In this document: positions 1 through 9,124 of the stretch, piece by piece
Position numbering within the stretch: position 1 is the first letter of the stretch
How the letters are laid out: each line of letters begins with the position of its first letter
NCBI GenBank assembly: GCA_965242695.1
Contig: CBDESU010000002.1
Coordinates: 1,112,015 to 1,144,014 of the forward strand
Source: Cenarchaeum sp.
GTDB taxonomy: Archaea > Thermoproteota > Nitrososphaeria > Nitrososphaerales > Nitrosopumilaceae
DNA length: 32,000 nt
Reading direction: 5' to 3'
Translations under genes and position numbers: made by a program
The notes under the pieces: model-generated
What the model was told of the DNA's origin: nothing
Database searches by the model: none
Seen by the model: the letters and a program-made list of their open reading frames with translations, nothing else

Positions 1-914
1 TTGCCACAATCCGTAGTGAACCTAACAAGTCAAAAAGAGGCACTAAATTTGAAGAGTTGGTGGTAAACTTTTTTAAAAAAGACACTACTTATAAAAACTA
101 TTTCTCGACAGTGTGGTGGTTTAAAGACTGGCCTGAGCGAAATCGCCGTGACACGGGTATTGACATTGTCGGTCAAATTGCTGATACAGGAGAATATGTA
201 GGAATACAATGTAAATGCTATGACGATAACACGCCGTTAGATTATGCCGGAGTGACAAAATTTCTTACAGCATGCAAGAGCTATGGTATATCTAAATATA
301 TTTATGCATGCACAAGTGATAAAATCACACCTGAATCCGAACGGACGATACGCGAAAACAAGATTGCCCTGTTAAACAAATCTAGCTTTCGTAAATGTTC
401 AATCAAAAACTGGAGCTCACACTTTGACAAGATAATCGTCACGGAACCCAAAGCGCTTAGGCGTGATCAAGAAAAGGTCTGCAGTGATGTCATAAATGGT
501 TTCAAAAGTCACTCTCGTGGAAAGCTCTTGATGGCATGCGGTACGGGTAAAACTATTACCTCGCTCAGAATTGCTGAAAAATTAGAGTGCAAGACGGTGT
601 TGTACTTGGTACCGTCCATATCACTCATACAGCAGACAATGAGAGAGTGGTCGGATAATTCTCTTGGCAAGTATCAATACATCGCTGTTTGTTCTGACGA
701 TTCTGCTGGACGTGATGAGGGAGGACAAATCTATGAGCTTGAACGCCCTCCATCCACCAACGCAGCCAGTTTCATTGAGCAACTCTCAAGACGTGATTTG
801 TATGACATGTGCGTCATTTTTTCTACGTACCAGTCAATTGATATCGTGGCTTCTGGCCTTGACAAACTCGGGGGGGGGGGGGCGCGGCTGGCGAAAAGAC
901 ACAAATTGATCTAA
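1..914 (+). CDS. Type ISP-like restriction-modification fusion enzyme, N-terminal part (Mrr-type nuclease plus helicase motifs I/Ia). The 5' end lies outside the window and the frame is broken at the G13 tract.
   Basis: The frame is open from the window edge, with no stop from nt 3. 'GTKFEEL' then 'DTGIDIVGQ...EYVGIQCKCY' fits a PD-(D/E)xK Mrr-like nuclease core. 'LMACGTGKT' is SF2 motif I and 'VLYLVPSISLIQQT' is motif Ia. The region is visibly AT-rich. The ORF stops at 914 only after the frame change at 870-882. Confidence 0.75.
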   Translation, partial: ATIRSEPNKSKRGTKFEELVVNFFKKDTTYKNYFSTVWWFKDWPERNRRDTGIDIVGQIADTGEYVGIQCKCYDDNTPLDYAGVTKFLTACKSYGISKYIYACTSDKITPESERTIRENKIALLNKSSFRKCSIKNWSSHFDKIIVTEPKALRRDQEKVCSDVINGFKSHSRGKLLMACGTGKTITSLRIAEKLECKTVLYLVPSISLIQQTMREWSDNSLGKYQYIAVCSDDSAGRDEGGQIYELERPPSTNAASFIEQLSRRDLYDMCVIFSTYQSIDIVASGLDKLGGGGARLAKRHKLI

Positions 915-3900
915 TACTTTGTGATGAAGCACACAAGACTGCCACCAAGATACATTCCAGCGCAAACAATACGACAAAGTATGTTGGCTACTATGGTAAA
1001 ATCCATGATGATGAATTCATTGCAGGCAAAAGGCGCCTTTACATGACTGCCACCCCAAAAATTTACGAAAGCAATAATAAAGACGTATATTCAATGAACG
1101 ACGAAGAAGTGTTTGGCCCCACGTTCAGCATCATATCATTTTATGATGCCGTTCATGGCAAAGAACGTATACTGTCTGACTTTAAGGTTAAGATAGCTAT
1201 TTTGCCCGAAGATCGACTTCCTCAATACTTGGGAATTGTTGAGAGCCTGCGTGATCCGAACACTCCTGAAAATACAAAACTTAAAGCGAAATTGTTAGAA
1301 CATAAGGCAAAATGTGCGGCCGCGTGGCATGGTATACTAAAACCTGGCGATGATCCGCTAATGAACAAGCCACTTCAAAAAGTTATCGTCTTTACCAACA
1401 CTATTGAAAAATCAAAGGTGTTTGCAGGTGCCATTGAAAAAAAAGAACATGGAAGTTTCACTGCAATCGCAAGTGAGTATAATGCACACTATAGGATTCC
1501 ACAATTGTCCTCTATAAAACACATTGACGGCACAATGTTATCATACCAACGTCGCCTTGGTTTAGATTGGCTAGATCAAAGCAGTGATCACCCGAACGAA
1601 ACTCGCATCATTTCCAATGCAAAGTGTCTATCAGAGGGAGTTGACGTGCCGAGCCTTGATGGGGTAATTTTTATGGAGCCCAAACGATCGACAGTTGACG
1701 TTGTTCAATCTGTGGGCCGGGTCATGCGTACTGCACCAGATAAAGATTTTGGTTATGTAATATTGCCTGTCGTTGTACCTGGTGGTTCTTCAGCTGACGA
1801 AATACTCAAAAATAGCAGCTTCGCGCATGTGTGGGAAGTGTTAAACGCACTCCGTTCTCATGATCCTAGATTAATTGCCGAACTTAGCTCTGCTGGATTG
1901 GTACGCGATCCCTCTTCACGCAACGGAACCGGCACTCCTCGCATCCAAGTAGATTTTTTGGGCATTGATCCACAAAAGGAAGCACAACTATACGCCGACC
2001 TTACTTTGGCGATGCGCTCAAAGCTCGTCAAAAAAGTTGGAACTATCGACTATGTTCAAAAGTATGGGGCCAAATTAGGTGCCTATGCCAAAAAAATCAA
2101 AGATTATATCGATGTTCAGTACAGTAAAAATTCGAACACGATGAAAACAATGGATAAATTTCATCATGATATGAAATTACTGATAAATTCTAGCGTGACA
2201 ATTAATGACTCAATTAAAATGATATCACAACATGTCATATTAAAACATGTTTTCGATGCACTATTTTATGATGATTTTGCTAGTGAAAACCCCGTGTCTA
2301 AAAAACTTGACTCTGTACTAAAATCTTTAAATCTTGGAAATGTCCTTGCCGGCCTTGGAGACTTTTATGAAGATGTGCGGCGTGAAACGGAAGTAATTAA
2401 TAATTCACCTGATGAAGATGAAAAGCATGTGCGACGGCAAGAATTCATGAGGCGTATATATGAAAGCTTCATAACTAGTTCTGATAAAAAAACATCCATA
2501 GAAAAAGGCATTGTCTATACACCTGTCGAAATAGCAGATTTTATTATTAATAGTGTTCAACACTTATTAAAAACAAGAATTAAAAAAACACTTGGCCAGT
2601 ATGATGTACAAATACTTGAGCCATTTGCAGGCACCGGTACATTCTTAACAAGATCAATTGACTTGGGACTATTAGACAGGTCGTTGCCTCAAAAATACTT
2701 TACTAGCATGCATGCAAATGAAATTGTACTACTTGCATATTACATTGCGGCAGTCAACATGGAAACCGTCTATGCACGGCGTATGAAAAAGCTTGGCCAA
2801 AAAGTTAAATACTCACCATTTCCCAATATTAACTACACAGATACATTAAAACAGAATCCTCGTGAACATCTTGTTGGATCGGTTGCATTAACACAATACA
2901 TGGATGATGATTATGTTCAAAACCTCCTTAATAAAATACAACGTCAAAACCTCCAGTGCGTAGAGGTTATCATTGGGAACCCTCCCTGGGGTGTTGCCCC
3001 TAAAGACAAAAAAAGACAAAATGCTCCCACCCGTGCACGAATGCCATACGATGTTCAAGCTCGCATAAATGAGACGTATAGAACGAAGACTACTGTTGGT
3101 GCAAAGAAACTTCATGAATGGTACATCCGTGCTCTGCGGTGGGCATCAGACCGAATTGGGAAATGTGGTATAATTGGATTTGTAATAAACGGCAGCCTTG
3201 TCACTGCGCCCTCTTTTGCCGGTGTTCGTTTTTTCTTGCATCAAGAATTCGATGAAATACTATACATTGATCTCCGTGGAAAAAAAGGTAGAAATGGTGA
3301 CGGGCGTAACATATTTGAATATCCGGGTGTAGGCACTGGTGGGACCACATCGGGTGTTGGATTATTGTTTTTAATAAAAAAACCTGGCATACACAATTCT
3401 AAAAAACACATTTGGTATTATCAGTTAGATGACAAATATAATTCTGGACAGGCCAAACGTGAATTTCTAAAGAAAACAAAGTCGCTTAAATCGATAACTG
3501 ATTGGGTAGAGGTCATACCCAATGATAACAATGATTGGTTAGACAAAAGCGATGACACACAATTTTTATCCTACATGCCGATTGATACTTCAAAGGAACG
3601 ACGTGGGATTTTTATACATAGTAAAAACGGTGTTGTCACTAGTCAAGATGAGTGGGTCTATAATATTTCTAAAACAAATTTAATTAAAAACATGAAGAAT
3701 TATATCGAATATATGAATGAAAACATCTATACACCTAATTTCAAAGACGATCATAATCCTAAACGCGGTAAATGGACACGCGATACAATTAGTAGATTAC
3801 GTAATCATGGTATGCAAACTTTTCAAACAAAAAAAATTAGGCCAGCACTATATAGGCCCTTTTTCACTCAATATCTTTATTTTGACTGGATATTCAACGC

Positions 3901-4684
3901 TAGCTGGAACGTAAATGAAATTTTGCCTCGCTCCAGCACTGAAAACAAGATCATCCTGGTTTCATGGGGGGCCGATCTAGATCTTTCTGTACTAATGACA
4001 AACCTTACTCCTGATCTGCACGTTCTTGGCACAAACAAGTGCTTTCCGTTGTACTATTATCAAAATAACACAAAAATTAATAATATTGATAACTCTGCAC
4101 TAGTTGATTTTCAAGATTATTATTCTGATAAAACGATTAGTAGTGATGATATTTTTTATTATGTATATGGAATTTTACACCACCGACAGTATCAAGCTAC
4201 ATTTAGAAATAGCTTAAAAAAATATTTGCCGCATATACCATTTGCATCTGATTACAAATCATTTTCATTGATTTCAGAAGTTGGTAGACAGTTGTCTCAT
4301 TTGCATCTAAATTTTGACAATCTGAAAACTATCTTACCAGAAGTCATTGTAAACCCGATCACAAATATAAAGAAACCTATTAAAAATATTAAATTTGCTG
4401 ATGATCGCATCCACGCTGAATCCACATTACTAATAAATGGCGATGTTGTCTATGATAATTTACCTAAAGTTACTTATACACTTAATGGCCGAACACCGCT
4501 AGGGTGGTTCGTTGATCGATGTAGAGAATATCAAAGACCGTATAAAAAATCTGGACTATCTAATCCTATTTTTGAAAATATAACGAATGATAGTTTGATG
4601 ACTCATATAAGACGACTACTACATGTGGGCATTATGACCGAGCGTCATATTGATAAGTTACCAATGGACTTCCTAACTACTTAA
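863..4684 (+). CDS. Type ISP-like restriction-modification fusion enzyme, C-terminal part (DEAH helicase motifs II-VI, gamma-class N6-adenine methyltransferase, target-recognition-like C-terminus).
   Basis: The frame is open from 863; the first Met is at 1043. Helicase motifs: 'LILCDEAHKT' (DEAH at 923-934), 'YMTATP' (motif III), 'QSVGRVMR' (motif VI). Methyltransferase motifs: 'ILEPFAGTGTFL' (SAM motif I) and 'IIGNPPWG' (motif IV, NPPW). A C-terminal region of ~500 aa follows. The order nuclease-helicase-MTase-TRD matches LlaGI/LlaBIII-type Type ISP enzymes. Confidence 0.75.
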   Translation, partial: QTRGGGGAAGEKTQIDLILCDEAHKTATKIHSSANNTTKYVGYYGKIHDDEFIAGKRRLYMTATPKIYESNNKDVYSMNDEEVFGPTFSIISFYDAVHGKERILSDFKVKIAILPEDRLPQYLGIVESLRDPNTPENTKLKAKLLEHKAKCAAAWHGILKPGDDPLMNKPLQKVIVFTNTIEKSKVFAGAIEKKEHGSFTAIASEYNAHYRIPQLSSIKHIDGTMLSYQRRLGLDWLDQSSDHPNETRIISNAKCLSEGVDVPSLDGVIFMEPKRSTVDVVQSVGRVMRTAPDKDFGYVILPVVVPGGSSADEILKNSSFAHVWEVLNALRSHDPRLIAELSSAGLVRDPSSRNGTGTPRIQVDFLGIDPQKEAQLYADLTLAMRSKLVKKVGTIDYVQKYGAKLGAYAKKIKDYIDVQYSKNSNTMKTMDKFHHDMKLLINSSVTINDSIKMISQHVILKHVFDALFYDDFASENPVSKKLDSVLKSLNLGNVLAGLGDFYEDVRRETEVINNSPDEDEKHVRRQEFMRRIYESFITSSDKKTSIEKGIVYTPVEIADFIINSVQHLLKTRIKKTLGQYDVQILEPFAGTGTFLTRSIDLGLLDRSLPQKYFTSMHANEIVLLAYYIAAVNMETVYARRMKKLGQKVKYSPFPNINYTDTLKQNPREHLVGSVALTQYMDDDYVQNLLNKIQRQNLQCVEVIIGNPPWGVAPKDKKRQNAPTRARMPYDVQARINETYRTKTTVGAKKLHEWYIRALRWASDRIGKCGIIGFVINGSLVTAPSFAGVRFFLHQEFDEILYIDLRGKKGRNGDGRNIFEYPGVGTGGTTSGVGLLFLIKKPGIHNSKKHIWYYQLDDKYNSGQAKREFLKKTKSLKSITDWVEVIPNDNNDWLDKSDDTQFLSYMPIDTSKERRGIFIHSKNGVVTSQDEWVYNISKTNLIKNMKNYIEYMNENIYTPNFKDDHNPKRGKWTRDTISRLRNHGMQTFQTKKIRPALYRPFFTQYLYFDWIFNASWNVNEILPRSSTENKIILVSWGADLDLSVLMTNLTPDLHVLGTNKCFPLYYYQNNTKINNIDNSALVDFQDYYSDKTISSDDIFYYVYGILHHRQYQATFRNSLKKYLPHIPFASDYKSFSLISEVGRQLSHLHLNFDNLKTILPEVIVNPITNIKKPIKNIKFADDRIHAESTLLINGDVVYDNLPKVTYTLNGRTPLGWFVDRCREYQRPYKKSGLSNPIFENITNDSLMTHIRRLLHVGIMTERHIDKLPMDFLTT
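870..882 (+). repeat. G13 homopolymer inside the R-M gene, at the frameshift site.
   Basis: 13 consecutive G were counted directly. The two R-M reading frames overlap only across 863-911. Adding 1 G or removing 2 G restores a single ORF. Confidence 0.95.
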
Positions 4685-4744
4685 CCTATGAACCTAAGAC
4701 GTAAAGCCCGTTACGGGCACAAAGATCTGGAAGTCTGTTCATAT

Positions 4745-6328
4745 TAGAAGGTAGTCATAAACCCCCCTCAGGCGTGACGGGCCCCCGCGTAGGTCAACAA
4801 TATTAGGCCATCCGCGTGCGAAAATTGACAACCGGGGTGCTGTATTCCGGCGGCAGACAGGGTGACGTTGGGAACCAAGCAAGAGCTAGTAGAGGTGGCC
4901 GAGGGCTTTTTCGAAAAGGGCCACGACAAGCGCAAGGTCCGGAGTATCGGCGAGTGGCGGCAGGCGGCCCACGACGAAATGATGGAGGGGCTGCCGGACG
5001 GAATGGCCGTGAACAGGTGCACCACTTCCGAGCTGTGCCGCACCCTGCTCGACCGCATGATTGCCGACGACGCGCAGCTGAGGAAGCTCACGCTCATGGA
5101 TCCCGTCCTCTTCTTCTACGCAGTGGCCATGGTGGAGGAGATATTCGAGCGAGAGCGGGGGATCCTCCTGTTCGAGGACGACGAGGGGCGGAGCCGCGAT
5201 CCGGGCCGCCGCGCAAGGCTCCTGCCCAGGCACATAATCCTGCTGTACCTCTGGTACGCCAAGACGAACGCCTCCCAGGACAGCATTGCCATCCAGATGG
5301 GGATCGGGCAGAAGACTGCGAGCCGCTACATAGCGATCGCCAAGGATGTGCTGTCCCGGACGCTCCCGACGCCGCGCAAGTACGACGAGCACATCCAGAG
5401 GCAGACCGCCATGCGCGAGATGAAAAAGTACCTGCCGGGGCCGGGCCGCGGCACGTGCATCGAGGACGGCAGGCTCAACAGGATGCAGCGGCCGGGGCAG
5501 AGGGGCCCGCGCGACAGGTCGTACAGCGGGCGCAGAAAGGCCTGCATGGGCAACACGCTGGGCAGGTTCAACGCCCGCGGCGAGATGGTCTCGGCGAGCC
5601 CGACCGACAGGGGCACGCTCAACGACGTCACCATGGCGAGGAAGTACCGCCTGAACCTGGGCATAGCCACGCAATACCTGCACGATCCGCACGCGGCGCC
5701 GAAGGACCGCGTTCGCCGCATCGAGGACACGGGGTTCGCCGGCATCGAGACGGAGGAGCCCGGCGTCGTCTACGGAAGGACGGTCGGGTACAAGGCGTAC
5801 CAGAAGCTCGACGACGAGGGCAAGGCCAGGAACCGGGACATCGCGAGAAGAAGGCTGCCCTCGGAGTGGTTCTTTGGGCGCATCAGCCGCTACGCCCGGA
5901 TGCGCGATCCGTATGCCGGGACATACAGCGAGTACAGCGACGAGCACAATGTGGTCTGCGGCGTGGTGAACCTGCACCTCATGGCGGGCGGCGTGCGGGA
6001 GGGATCCGGCCACCCGAAGAAGCCCGAGTCCGGGCGGCAGCGCAGGCATCGGCGGGACCTGGAGGCGGACGAAGGGGCGATCGACAGAGTGGCAGCCGAC
6101 TCAAGGCGGCTCGTGGAGCACGGCGGATTTATCGCCAGCTAAAGATCGGCGGCAGTGCCTTTCAGGAACGGAAGAGATGGCAAAGGCAGCCGACTTGAAT
6201 CCCTTGCACTTCCGCAACACATGAACCTTTCAAGATCGGCGCCGTATTTTCTCACTGCGCTCCGTCGAATTTCGTCAAGTCCGAGGTTCTGCCCAACGGG
6301 GGGGGGGGGGGTTTATGACTACCTTCTA
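4745..6328 (+). mobile_element. Insertion sequence, 1584 bp, with 23-bp perfect terminal inverted repeats and one DDE transposase gene.
   Basis: IR-L is TAGAAGGTAGTCATAAACCCCCC (4745-4767). IR-R is GGGGGGTTTATGACTACCTTCTA (6306-6328), embedded in a 14-G run (6298-6311). The body is GC-rich and both flanks are AT-rich. The outermost TA could be a 2-bp target duplication instead of part of the IR. Confidence 0.85.
4862..6142 (+). CDS. DDE transposase (DDE_Tnp_4 / PIF-Harbinger / IS5-like pattern).
   Basis: 426 aa with a GTG start. HTH-like 'SQDSIAIQMGIGQKTASRYIAIAKDVL'. The motifs 'CIEDGRLNRMQRP', 'YSGRRKACMGNTL', 'GTLNDVTMAR', 'EDTGFAGIE' and 'RRRLPSEWFFGRISRY' follow the D..YSGKKK..D..DxGY..R..E..FG pattern of this transposase class. 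Confidence 0.8.
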   Translation: MTLGTKQELVEVAEGFFEKGHDKRKVRSIGEWRQAAHDEMMEGLPDGMAVNRCTTSELCRTLLDRMIADDAQLRKLTLMDPVLFFYAVAMVEEIFERERGILLFEDDEGRSRDPGRRARLLPRHIILLYLWYAKTNASQDSIAIQMGIGQKTASRYIAIAKDVLSRTLPTPRKYDEHIQRQTAMREMKKYLPGPGRGTCIEDGRLNRMQRPGQRGPRDRSYSGRRKACMGNTLGRFNARGEMVSASPTDRGTLNDVTMARKYRLNLGIATQYLHDPHAAPKDRVRRIEDTGFAGIETEEPGVVYGRTVGYKAYQKLDDEGKARNRDIARRRLPSEWFFGRISRYARMRDPYAGTYSEYSDEHNVVCGVVNLHLMAGGVREGSGHPKKPESGRQRRHRRDLEADEGAIDRVAADSRRLVEHGGFIAS

Positions 6329-6750
6329 TTGCCTCCGCATGCGTGGTAGATGGTGGGGAGGCGCGCAGGCAAAGGTTCCAACCCTTACGCGGAGCAAGCC
6401 ATGACGTCGACCAATATTTCGACACCTCTCAAACCTGATCAACGGCGTGTTGTTCTCTATTCGAAAGATTGTCTCTCGGTACAATTGAAGTTGATCATGC
6501 CGCATGCACTGCGCGACACCAGGCATGTGACACAGCATGCATGTTCCTAGATAACCTTTGTATGGGGCGTCCTTTTTTAATTTTTTCACCCTATGATGAG
6601 TGTGTATGTGGTTGAGGTGTTGAGGCTTTCCGTGATCGCGTACTTCGAAATGCGCCCATGCTTAGATTTTTATTACTTCATACATTCCTCGTGTGTAAAG
6701 ATGTGGATTAAGCTTTTTGATGCAAATATGGCGAAGTGGCTCAAGTGATG

Positions 6751-6856
6751 GGCCCTGCACCACATCAGCCCAGGTAAATCGCCGACAACCGTCAGCCCTA
6801 AGGGTTCGGATACAGGGTGGCTGTGGGCCACCACAATAGTATTTAAGAATATGCCG
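6751..6856 (-). repeat. Copy A of a ~100-nt paralogous non-coding element (candidate small RNA gene with its own TATA-like box).
   Basis: On the minus strand, TTAAATA is followed by 22 nt and then a conserved core (plus coordinates 6753-6817). The core is closed by CCCTGTA / TGCAGGG. It is homologous to 9125-9238, with indels that are not multiples of 3. Confidence 0.45.
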
Positions 6857-7279
6857 CCTTCAGGCGCCCCGTGGCCGTCGCCATTGCGCCTGCGCCGCCT
6901 GTAGAGCCTGCCGCCTGCCCTATTTCGTACGTTGCGCGGCATGTCGGGGCCGCTACTTCGCTACACCTGCCCTGCGGTCCACATGCCGATCATTGGCCGG
7001 CAAAAGGATGGTGGGGCGCCACCGGGACCGGAGGATGCCTTTCCACCCGTCACGTCCTCTGGTGGTGAGGCCTAGAGTGGCATCAGCCGGTGATTGGAGG
7101 GATCTGGCGGCTACGCCGAGTGCGACACGCGCTTGGTTCATCTGGCGGTGAGAGTCCGATGCACCGTGTGCCGCAACGGTTGCTGGAGTACCGGCGCCCG
7201 CAGATGCATCTGCTCCCACGATGAACATCGGCCATGGAGCGTCCGGCGCCCCGTGGCCCCGCAACCGTGATATACCCGC

Positions 7280-7501
7280 ATGCGGCGTGGCCCAGTCGTG
7301 GACGACGAAGACAGGCGGTGGATCGAGGAATACGAGGCCCGTCGCCACGATCCCTGGTCACTCTCCAAGAAATCGCTGATTCGAATCGCACAGGCGATGA
7401 GCGCTCGCATTGACGAGCTTACTGACACACAAAGATCGCCAGAGGGCGAGGAGATTATCAAGGATGACCCTGTCGTAGAAGACGGCGAAGTATACATGTG
7501 A
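7280..7501 (+). CDS. Hypothetical small acidic protein (73 aa; possibly a leaderless GTG start at 7298).
   Basis: The ORF has non-shadow composition ('RRWIEEYEARRHDPWSLSKKSLIRIAQAMSARIDEL'). Its stop overlaps the next ORF's start (ATGTGA). A 'gatata' box sits at 7268-7273. No recognisable family. Confidence 0.4.
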   Translation: MRRGPVVDDEDRRWIEEYEARRHDPWSLSKKSLIRIAQAMSARIDELTDTQRSPEGEEIIKDDPVVEDGEVYM

Positions 7502-8946
7502 GGCGAGCAGGCATGTTTGTGGAGAAGCGGCGCTACCAGTACTCTAGGGCGAGGTTTTTCGAGCGACAGCACGGCACCGAGTTTCTCCGGTTCGAGATGG
7601 ACCAGATGCTGCGCTTTGCCGCGGCCAAGAAGGTGCGCGGCGATGCCGAGCTCGACGGCTACGTGGCGTGGATGCGCCCCCCGTACTTTGTCCTGCTTCC
7701 GACGCCCACCACGTCGAGCATCTACGTGGTGTGCCGCGCCGCCGACGAGGTGCCGTACCCGGACATGAACGCATTCTCTACCGTGAAGGGCAAGATCGGG
7801 CCGGCCCTGCTGCCCGGCGGCCGCACGGGCCATGTCATGCAGGCCGAGAGGATCGAAGGGGCAAGGCCGGGGTTTGGGGAGATCGCGCCGGAGATATCGC
7901 ACAAGGAGTTTGTCGGACTGCTGTTTGAAAAGTGGCGCAACGTGGCCGAGACGACGCAACAGCTTGTCGCGCACACCCTGACCAGCTCGCCCGACCTGCC
8001 GGGGAGGCGCACGGGCGGCTTTACCGTCACGATCGACGCCCTCTCGAAGAGCGCGATTCTCAGCACGCTTGCCGCCGACCTGCGCCGCTTCGTGCCGGCC
8101 GAGGTCAGGGCGGGCAGGCGCCTGTCCGTCAGCCTGCCTGAGATGGGCTCGGCCGGTTCGGTGGCCGCCGCCAGGCTACCGCCCCTAGAGTGGGGCAGTA
8201 GCACGGCGCAGCTTGAGAGCATACCGGCCGCGGTGGACGCAAGGCTGGACAGGACTCTTGGCGGGGGCGGGTCGGCCGCGGCCGAGCACTCCATCACGCT
8301 GCTCAAGAAGGCCGGCGGCCCGCTCCCGCTCGGCCACCGGGGAGTGCGCATGTCCGACTATCCGGCCGTCCTCGAAGAGCACGTCGAGCGCCGCTCGCAC
8401 TCGTACGACGCAAGCCCCGAGGTGTTCAAGTTCCTGCTTGCCGCAAGGATGCACCGGCCGGCGGTGAGCGCCGCCGTACTCGACTCCTCCGTCAAGGGGT
8501 ACCGGGCGATGATCGAACGGTTCATCGGCGGCCACGAGTACCTCTCGGCCGCGGCGGGGAGCGGGCAGTTTCTAGACATGGGGTTTGGCGGCAGGCCGCT
8601 GTCGGTCTACAGCGTTGCCGCCTCGCTGGCTCGCTCGCGGGCGGCAGGCGGCGTGTCGGCAGGCGACATCGAGAGGGCGGGGGCCATGTACATCGACAAC
8701 CTCAAGGAGGTCTTTGACGTGATACACGACGGAGCGTACGACAAGTTCTCGGCGCGGGCGCCCATAAAGTACGACGAGAGGAGGGTCTTTGTCTACCTTG
8801 ACGAGCATCCCGGGAGCTCGGTGTCCGACGTGTCGGACGCCGTGCAGCTTGCGCCGGACGAGGCCAGCCGTCTGATCGACTCGCTGCACAAGAAGGGGCT
8901 GCTGTACGAGCCTGCCGCGGGGCGGCACAGCGCCATTCCGATCTGA
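7498..8946 (+). CDS. Hypothetical protein, 482 aa, with a C-terminal winged-helix-like domain.
   Basis: Long ORF with balanced composition. The C-terminus 'RRVFVYLDEHPGSSVSDVSDAVQLAPDEASRLIDSLHKKGLLYE' has a wHTH pattern. The preceding 'PLSVYSVAASLARSRAAGGVSAGDIERAGAMYIDNL' loosely resembles an AAA+ lid helix bundle. No P-loop is seen. Confidence 0.7.
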   Translation: MRRAGMFVEKRRYQYSRARFFERQHGTEFLRFEMDQMLRFAAAKKVRGDAELDGYVAWMRPPYFVLLPTPTTSSIYVVCRAADEVPYPDMNAFSTVKGKIGPALLPGGRTGHVMQAERIEGARPGFGEIAPEISHKEFVGLLFEKWRNVAETTQQLVAHTLTSSPDLPGRRTGGFTVTIDALSKSAILSTLAADLRRFVPAEVRAGRRLSVSLPEMGSAGSVAAARLPPLEWGSSTAQLESIPAAVDARLDRTLGGGGSAAAEHSITLLKKAGGPLPLGHRGVRMSDYPAVLEEHVERRSHSYDASPEVFKFLLAARMHRPAVSAAVLDSSVKGYRAMIERFIGGHEYLSAAAGSGQFLDMGFGGRPLSVYSVAASLARSRAAGGVSAGDIERAGAMYIDNLKEVFDVIHDGAYDKFSARAPIKYDERRVFVYLDEHPGSSVSDVSDAVQLAPDEASRLIDSLHKKGLLYEPAAGRHSAIPI

Positions 8947-9124
8947 GCCGCTGCTTGGTTACACCCATCTGCTCGGATGAGCCGGGCGCATGGCTGGAGG
9001 CATGCTGGACGACGCTGGCACAAACCGCCCGTCACGCTCCCCGGCTGTAACCTGAAGGGGATCATGGCATGCCTGCAACCGCTGGCTCAACGACCCATCG
9101 GGGGCAATAAGCAATGAATGTGTA

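Noticed and set aside
664-909. An 81-aa ORF nested in the first R-M fragment, and small ORFs 2888-3115 (minus) and 3717-3914 (plus).
   Set aside because: They overlap the strongly motif-supported R-M frame and have no motifs of their own. These are chance ORFs in AT-rich sequence.
4816-6198. A 460-aa plus-strand ORF and a 387-aa minus-strand ORF (4886-6049) overlapping the transposase.
   Set aside because: They have Arg/Gly/Pro/Ala-rich shadow-frame composition with no motifs. The 4862-6142 frame carries the HTH and DDE-type motifs.
6860-7279. An RNase P or SRP RNA hidden in the 420-bp ORF-free stretch ('gagagtccg', 'gtgccgcaacgg').
   Set aside because: Only short, weak resemblances to RNase P CR-I were found. 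No ACAGAA-type CR-IV/V or SRP GGAA helix-8 motif is present on either strand. A covariance-model scan is still needed to exclude it fully.
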